Assembly (NCBI GenBank): GCA_964035545.1 | Contig: OZ037769.1 | Span: forward strand, 11,872,633 to 11,936,632 | Length of the DNA stretch: 64,000 nucleotides | From: Bugula neritina | Taxonomy: Eukaryota; Animalia; Bryozoa | Reading direction: 5' to 3' | Shown: positions 55,041 to 64,000 of the stretch, piece by piece | Numbering within the stretch: the stretch's first letter is position 1 | Layout of the letters: each line of letters starts with the position of its first letter | Program-made: the position numbers and the translations under genes | The notes under the pieces: model-generated | Told to the model about the DNA's origin: nothing | The model's database searches: none | What the model saw: the letters and a program-made list of their open reading frames with translations, nothing else

Positions 55041-57965
55041 CTATTCTAATTTTTTCCACTATTAGTTGTGGGTCTTATTGTGTGTTACTAATTACTGCAT
55101 CTTACCGTGAGGTGATGTAAGGAACCAAGCAAGTAGATCAGCAAAGTGATAATTATATTTCAAGAATCAATAAACAAGGTAAAAAGAATGTACAGTAGTC
55201 CATAGAATAATAAACAAGAGTCACAATGGTAACATGAGTTAGCCTACTAGTTGCTAGTACAGTCCTCATGTGTCAGTGGGCGCCAGAAGGCGCAGTTTAT
55301 ATAGTAGAGCTTTTCTCTGATTAGTGGGTATTTATATCACGCCATCCTGACCATATTGACTGACAGTTCATGTGGAAACGGCATGGCTTGATTGGAAATG
55401 CATAATGTTTAGCAGGGGACAGAGACGGTTATACTTCCGCTAGCCATTACAATAATACAGTCAATAAATAAATAAATCTGAGTTGCAATTAGTTTAGACA
55501 GGCACAAGCTGGTTTTGTGTTTTGTATTTGCCATATAGTTTGAAGTTTTCATATATTACTTTCTACACATAATTATAATATTTGGCTAGTTTACCATACT
55601 TACTTATGTTGTACTTTTTATCAGGTTAATTCTAAAGTTGTTGTTGTATTTAGCCTATATGTCTACACATAACCGTAACTATAATGTTTAGTTTGTTCAA
55701 CAAGTTTTACTTGCATTGTACATATTTTTATCAGGTTTCACCGTCAAGCAAAAGGTTAATAAAATAAACTGAAAAGAAAAGTCAAAGATAAACTGGTTAA
55801 TCATATGCAGCATCAGTGCACCTAAACCCGATTAGATTAATGCAAGCAACTCAGACTATAACAAACAGAGTTTGAGGGTTTATCAAAATCCTACATTCTC
55901 TATAAAAGCTTCACCAAATGTTTTACAATGGACAATTTTTATGATGAACGTTCAAATGCACGTTTAAGGCAATCTTTTATTAAAATTATTTTCTACATTC
56001 GAAAAATTTCTTGGTTAATTTGCTTTTCTCTGTGTTTTCGAACGTGTCCTCAAGTGTAAAAAATTACAATTTCTTTGAGCATTCTGAGCATTTAAAAAGC
56101 TTTTCATCTTTTCTCATACACTTTAAAATAATTGCTGCATTACAGTTTCGTGAGTAAGCAACATACATACTTCAACAACTATATACATTACTACAGCACT
56201 CTAATTATAGCTACTCCAAGTTTAATAGTTACACTGTGTCATTTCTGAGTAAATCACTATAACATTTTGTCTCTATTTCATTAATTAAAATTAGTGATAC
56301 CATTTGAAATATGCCGTTTTTTGCCAAAAACAAATCAATGTACCATACATAATTTTAATTTTAGTGTTCTCCGACTGGCATACCAGCTCAAGAGTTATGA
56401 ACTCATGCTACAGGACTCTTGGTGTATATAGAGCCACAGTTTACTATAGGTGCCACCTATCATGTGAATAATATGCAAAGATTCTGTCTGCAAATAAGTG
56501 TTTGCATTAAAATTTTTGTAGTCTCAGCATTTCTGTCACTTTCGAAAGCAGCTTTCAACAGTCATATTTTGAAATGCACGCCTCAAACTGCCTGTTGCTT
56601 GCAATGCAATTTTATTAGCTTCTAAGTTAACCAATTTCCAAAATAATCTTCATCGGACTTTTAAAAAGATTTCAAGACAAAGCATGTTATTGCAACCATA
56701 ATATTTGCAGTTTTGCAAACGTTCTACTATTTATCAGCTGATAATCTGTTGAATATGGTAAATAGCTGCAACACTTGATGTATAAGGTTAGTCAAATTAC
56801 GTTATATGAAAGCTGGAGAGTGAATTCATTGATAAAAACACATTTCCAAATCAAAGAAGAGAACCAGTCTAAACTTCATTGTATCTAAATAGGTTTTTTC
56901 CAGTCAAGTCAACACAATTAGGCGCAAGTTTAGTCTTCTAACTAAAACATTTTACATAATATTTCTTTCCTGACAATGGAAGTTACATGTTCTTACATTA
57001 GCAGTATGTGCATGAGCTCTCAGCATGTTGAGCTAACATTCTCTGCAAGCATAGCTATAACATTCCTAGCACATGCAGTGCAATGACAAGTGTTCTAAAC
57101 TTAGTGTTTTAGTTTATTTTAGCTACAGCTTCTGTTGTTAATAACTTTATATTCTTTCCATCAATATAGGAATTGATGGCACACCTGAGAGAATTAATTT
57201 ACCCAGACTTTTTGGCAAAACTGATAAAGAGGAACTGCCTGAAAATGACTTCAATTTAGCTATGATGAATGCACATTAGCAGTTTCATGGGTCGTGTGAC
57301 TAAGCTTGGGTAACTCAAACACTGCCAGGCTCGGTCCAGTTTTTGAAAACATTTCCAACATTGATAGGCTCATATAAATTACTATATACTATACTTGAAA
57401 TAAAGTGACTAAACAGTTGTTAATTGATTTTCTATAGCCTTTCTGCAAATGATAATTTTTTAGCTAAAAGCTATATAACTGCAAGATCTGTCATATTTGA
57501 ATACATATAACCTCAGGCTACTGACTCCACCGTATAATTTAATTCAGTTTTATATTGAAAAGTTGGTTGACAAATATTTTAAACATGCATGGTCACTTCT
57601 ATATTCATTCTCATGGGTGCCTAACCTTATTAATACTGATATCTATAGTTTTATCGTGAAACATCAACAGCAGTTGAATTCTGCTGTCTCATTTTAAGCA
57701 ATTAGTTAAATAGAACTGATGGATCTATTAAGACATTCTAAATATCTAACTTCTTTCTAATGGTCATTGTAGGTATTGAAAAGCTTGTCAACAATTATGT
57801 GAATGGTCTATTATATAATAATGCTCTATATCATATATCTCTATTGTTGGCACACAATATAGCTACTACATATACAATAATATGTTCCTTTCAAATAAAA
57901 GTTGGTTTTAGGCTCTAGCTGTGCTTAACTTGTATTATTTTATAAATGCTCATGCCAAAAGAAAG

Positions 57966-60900
57966 ATGTCTGCTTTTATGTGGATGCTATGGTTTTTTAG
58001 TTCGGTTTTGTTTCTACCTTATTTATCAGCTTCAAACATTGGAGGTACCAGACAAGATATACTACAGAATGACAATGGGGGCTATGAAAACATCTTAGTG
58101 GCTATTAGTAAAGCTGTACCTGAAGACCTAAATCTTCTTCACAAATTACAGGTATGTTCCTGAGGAGAAAAAGCAATAAATTGATGCGCATCAGGCAAAA
58201 AATCACCGCGTACATTTGATTCTCAAACAGAAATAGTAAAGAAAGAACTAATATTGTTTAAGCTATGCATTATTTGTGCATTTCAAGTATTCAAAACCTA
58301 ATTATCTTAACAGAAAACAGACATACGATATGTAGTAAAATGTGATGATGATTAAAAAAAGCTGAAAGCTAATATCGCTGATTGACTTTATTGCTTGGTA
58401 GTGAATTAAGTACAGCAACATCTCTAAACAGCACAAACATTTCATTAAAACAGCATTTTTCTTGCCAGCCCAGTTTCATTGCTCTATAGAGAGATGGTAA
58501 GATTATAGCGTATGTTATAGCAAAATTGTGAGGGTTATTATATTATTGTTCAACAAACACTTACAATCTGTAATATAGTAATTAAAGAGTTTGCTTCAAA
58601 CGCCCAATTTTCTTCGTTTAGGTGCATAGATGGAGATAGCTAAAACTTTTTGATCCAGCGTGCCAGCTGTTTTTAATTTCTCCATTATTGCTCCTATTAT
58701 ATATACCTTTGTCTAACAGGCCTATAATTACTTCAGTTGAAGTTTTCAAATATATTAATATTGACATTTGGATATAAATTAACAACAGGCTATAGTACAC
58801 TATTTAACTTATAAGTTCTAGTGAGTTTTTTTTTTAAATAAAACTAATAGTTTTTGTTTTATACATGTGTTCATTATACTTCATACATTTGCCTTACTCA
58901 ACTAACTGTTTTCAAAAGCATGCTATTCGTCTGCTACATATTTGATATTATATTCAGTTTTACATATACATGTTCTTTATAATTGTTATAGCAACACAAC
59001 CAGAGTATATTATAGTTAAAAGTATTTTGTCTGTAGAAACTCAGGTTCACTAGACCTAGTTATGGCTTATACTTTGATTACTCTCTAATTTCTATTCTTA
59101 CTACAGCCACTGTACAAGGAAGTAGCTAATAGCTCTCCAAATAGAGTTTAACTTTAATTTGTTGAATAGAGAGCGTTGCAGCTGCTTTTGCATTTAGAGT
59201 TTAATCAACGTGGCTATATTGCTATTGTTGGCGTGACTTAAAAAGGTGCATTCAACCAGTTTATTGTTGTTCAAAACTATAGCATATTGCCGCGAAACTG
59301 TGCATTCCCTAATTATTGAGTTATTTAAATCAATGCAACACCACCAAGTTAAAGTAGATTATATGCGTTTATTTAATTCCATAAGGTACAAAAGTAAAAC
59401 TATGCAACAGCTACAGAACGCGTTACATAATTGCTGACGGTATGTACAACCTAACTATAACTACTCTATTACTTGACTGCCAGCTATCCTAGCTTGATAG
59501 CTGTCATATAGGGGTACAAAAAGCCGGCAAAATTGTAAGAGAGCTTATATTGACTTGGAGTTGTGATTTTTTTCATAAAAAGGTATTGACATAATTATTC
59601 GGTCATTGTAGTTTCAACACTTGCTGAACATACGTGTTAAAAAGGCAAGTAAAAAACTGTTTTTACCTACATTTTGTAATTTTTTTAAGATTTTGTCAAA
59701 GCTTTATAACTTTTTACACTCAAAGGTAGAAAGCCTAGATTTTACTGATATTGTTGCCATTGCTTGTCTCTACATTGCTTAACTAGTATAACAGCAAACT
59801 CCAAAATATATTTTCTTTGCGCCAAATTTATTTTCAATTTGACCACACGAGGCACAATGGGCCACGCTGATTATTGCACCCCGATCACTATTATTAGTTT
59901 GTTTGCCTAAAAATTTGGTTGAAATGTTACTAAAATCTATAGATATAGCCATTTCTAACCTTTTTGTAAAATATCAAAGACATCATGGTAAGACTACAAA
60001 ACTACAAGGTGAAGCTTCCCTAATATATACAGCTTTGCCATTTTATACATAATACAAAATACTCAGCTGCATGTTACTACTATAGTAGATAGTCATGATA
60101 CTCATTATAATATATTATATCATTGAAGGAATATACATGTATTTGACTAAAATAAATTGTGATTTGCTCATTTGCTCTCCTCCCTTTCTGACTTCCGTAC
60201 TCCAACCACAAACCGAAGTCATGCACCTTAGCTACAGTACATAGAAAAAAGTCCACTCGAAATTCTGATAAAAGTTCCTTTGAAGTAAAAATAAAAAAAA
60301 CATTTTTTAGTTCTAAACAGTAATGATAATGGCACTGTAGAACCAAGCAGTTTGCGTTTGATTTTGCTTACATAGGATAGTTAAGGGCAACTTTTTAGCT
60401 GCAACTGCCTTGCTGAGGTTTGCATTGTAGTCATATAAGAATTTAATACCAGTAAAATAAAATCTCACCTAATTGTGCTAGAGTCCAAATTTAAAAACTC
60501 TGCTGTAGATCTTGTTTTTCTCCAGGGTACGTTTTTTGGAAATTTCAATTTTCATTTTTTTTGCAAAGTTATAGACAAAAAACTGCCGAATTTTGGCCAA
60601 TTTTGCCTGAAAAGCTGACTTTTCAGTACCAGTAAAATATCTCAGCAGCAAAGCATGATATCTGAATAAAAATTGCACTGCTGGAATCCTGAGATATTTT
60701 CCCAGTGTAAGTTTTTTTCTCTCTCCAATAATTCTTCTAGATTGCCCACAAATTGGTGATTTATACACTGAAAATGCCATATTTTTCCATGGGTAATTAG
60801 CAGCGCGCAGCACTTCACGCTTCAATGAGCACGTAGAGATGAGAAGATATTGGCGCGTACATGCTAATTACAGGCTTGCTAGCTGGCAGGCTATAATGAA

Positions 60901-63557
60901 TAGCTTGCTTTGTACTTTGTTTATGTAGCACCCATAATGGAATGTTGATAGATAACGCAGCCCTAATGAAGGTTGCTGCTTATTGGTTGTAGTTTGATCT
61001 TAGGCTAAACAATTGCAAGTAGGCAACACGCATGCCACCCGCAGAGCAATGTTATTCAAGAATTTAAACTACATTTTGAGAGAAATTTATGATATTCTTA
61101 GTGAGGATGCTCTTAACTATCCTGTGATTTCCCCTGCTATCCGTGGTGGCACAAACTGTACAGCTAAAACATGAATTTTGCTGTAGATCTTAAAGAAAAT
61201 TTTATTTTTTTGTAATATTAAATAAATAAAGATCAGATGCAACAAAATCCGCAAAGTTTCAATATATTTGTTGTGTCTCACCCAGTGGCCCATTGTACCC
61301 GATACCGGGGCACAATGGGCCAATTTTTTCGTCATGAAAGTTTCATTATTTTGAAAGTTGTGAGAGAGATAGAAACAACAAACTGATACCTGTAATAGAC
61401 AACAGATGCAGCATTTAGACTAGAGATTACTGAACTAGTAGTTCAATATAGTTGTAATTTACATTTTGACTTTTGTTCAAATTATTTTTAGAACTATTTT
61501 GAGAGTGCTTCAGCTTTCCTGTTTGAGGCTACTGAAAAACAAGTATATTTCTCTGCCGTCACAATTCTTGTGCCAAGCACTTGGACACTCAACAGTTCGT
61601 GGGATGTTGTAAGTTACTATAGAATGTCTTGACAAAGTTGCCGTAAGGTATTTAGTGTGATGATAACCAGGCTGTTACTTATCAATGACAGTTTTCATAA
61701 ACTGCTTATAACAATCTTTTCACGGAATCAAACTACATTTTAATTTTTATAATAACACTTTACATAGCAAATTTATCATCAAACTTTTGATAAAATATTA
61801 TATAGCTAAAAGATATGACATGGGGAGCAGGCTACTTAAAAACTTTCACTCAAACTGTAACTTGTATCTAAATTAACTTCTGGCGTCATTTAGCACTCAA
61901 GTATTCAAAATGAGGCATACTTTTCTATTAGATAATGAAAGTATAAGCTAACTGCAGCTATTTATTTTTTGTTTTATTATGTATAGAAAAGTACTAAATC
62001 CAATATATTATTATGACTTGGATACAGCAAATATTCTGAATAATTATATATTCTTTTGATGATGGCCACTTTAAGCTGTGGAATTACTTAAAATAACTTT
62101 ATTGTTGCGATACCCAATCCCCAGGAGGTCTAATACTGTTTTAACAACAATATTTATTTAGAATTTAATTTGCTGCCTTTAGATTGGCGCACAGCATGGC
62201 GCAAACCAATGCAGTGCATTACTATTTTTATCATGAATTTCACATATATAGTAGGTTTTGAGACCTTGCTTAAAAAGCAATAATGAGCAGCTAATTAATA
62301 AAAACAAATTAATAATCAATAGGCTCAAGACGAGACCTTTGACAAAGCAAGAATTTTGGTTGGACCAGCAAACCAAGCTTGGGGGGATAAACCCTACACC
62401 CTACAACCTGGTCTATGTGGGGTTGAAGGAGACTATATTCATTACACACCTGAGTACTTGGTCAATGGCACAGCTCAAGGTTCTCCTTTCTTAAATCTTC
62501 ACTAAACTAATTCGATCAATTTATGTTAAAACTATTTTAAGTATATATCTAAGTAGTCACTATAAACTGTGCTGGTTGCTTAGTTCTAGACTTGAACTCT
62601 TTTATGCCTCTTTTATGAAGATCGTGTAGTTGATAACATGACAGTTGTTGTAATTTTTTCTAACGCACTCAACTTACGTGAAACAAACCAAGTCATTTTT
62701 AATTTGTTTGCTTGAAAACATTTATTTACTTTTAAAATAGATTAAAACTATACTGCATAAGAGCCAATTATCAATATAAATGCCAGTATAAAAGCAAGTA
62801 TCAATCTCTGAGCCCGATATGAAAATGTTTTAGATAAGTATCGGTGGATTCTTAACTATTAAAATAGCTAGTAATTAGAGTAAAAAGCAAACTTTTCCGG
62901 CTGATTTTAGTACTTATAATAAGAAGCTAATGAGTATTACTTCAATTTGTTCTCTGCAATAAATTCTATTGCAGGAAGAAATATAGTGAAAGAGTTTGCT
63001 CATTTGAAATGGGGACTCTTTGATGAAGATGTTTCATTTCCTGATGAAGTTTCATTCTGGTTTTTTTATGAAGACGGGAAAAGATCACTAACCAGGTATA
63101 TTGAATATATAACAGAATCTAATAAAAACATATATTTAAATGTTTTTTGTCCTGCAAGAGTTATTGGTAACTTTTAAACTTAATTAGAACCAGGAATAAT
63201 AAGCTAATTATATGATTAAAATAATGTAGGAGTATCCGGTGGGTTTGCTGTATGAATTGGCATGGCTAATGAAATTCTCACCAACAAGCAACTTGACATA
63301 AATTCGCTTGCTCAGGGCACAGTATTGCCGGTTTCTTTTATAAACACATTATGCATGCAAGCTCTATAAAATGATTATGGCAAATAAATAATTTATGTTT
63401 GTATTAAAGATGTGGAGAATACTTTGGAACAATTGTAAATCAAGTCACTGGAGAAATTTGCGATATAGGTCCACCAGCGTTAGATCCAAACTGCTTATTT
63501 GTACCTCAGTTGGCTAGAACGAATTTCTCTATATTGTATGCTCACTATTTACCCACA
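57966..63557 (+). CDS. CLCA: Calcium-activated chloride channel regulator (CLCA) family protein, exons 1-5; continues beyond the window
   Basis: Exons 57966-58151, 61492-61608, 62323-62479, 62975-63095, 63410-63557 splice in frame: signal peptide, [90 protein letters not shown]...SILY. Confidence 0.9.
60371..61126. mobile_element. CAC...GTG MITE, copy 3 (CLCA intron 1)
   Basis: Same family as 6824-7579; left end CAT; flanks TA/AT, so no clean TSD. Confidence 0.9.
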
Positions 63558-63597
63558 GTAAGCAATAATTTACCTCTCTACAACCCACCCTATCCAA

Positions 63598-63975
<378 letters not shown>

Positions 63976-64000
63976 CTTATATGTATATATTTTCTTCATT

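Larger units (their letters stand above)
51650..55451 (-). mobile_element. Ty3/Gypsy LTR retrotransposon, 3'-truncated and decayed
   Basis: 5' LTR about 55042-55451 (TGTAATGG...); PBS; decayed gag; protease SYFLPGKIAGKAVTFLMNSGCTTNLL; RT FCVDYRKLN...DAYPLPRID...SGYWQV...YLDD; ends near 51650 before RNase H and integrase. Confidence 0.92.

Noticed and set aside
56365-57310. Two exon-like segments (VLRLAYQLKSYELM; IDGTPERINLPRLFGK...NAH*) upstream of CLCA
   Set aside because: Plausible splice sites but no recognisable homology or joinable model; needs RNA-seq.

Overview
AT-rich, microsatellite-dense animal (invertebrate-type) genomic DNA with spliceosomal introns; most ORFs in the supplied track are microsatellite or transposon artefacts. 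Host genes: a tandem array of SLC16/monocarboxylate-transporter-like MFS genes on + (two complete 9-exon copies at 26738-32693 and 43549-50122, a 5-exon half copy at 19580-21433, and a collapsed copy of exon 1 plus 3' UTR at 22922-24400), and the first five exons of a CLCA-family gene (57966 onward) whose HExxH zinc motif reads KEFAH. Mobile DNA: a BEL/Pao LTR element (1666-8822; 452-bp LTRs, ATGCC TSD) that lacks reverse transcriptase, sits inside a Gypsy LTR and carries two nested insertions; a truncated Gypsy element with a tRNA-Leu PBS; RTE, Tc1 and tRNA-SINE remnants; and several MITEs. The most striking signal is a set of hammerhead-ribozyme motifs (three well formed, two degraded, one vestigial) on Penelope-like (Naiad-type) fragments and ORF-less modules. 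All abut (TA)n arrays, one fragment starts in a perfect 32-bp fold-back, and two modules lie at the points where the SLC16 paralogues are truncated. All alignments and folds were done by eye.
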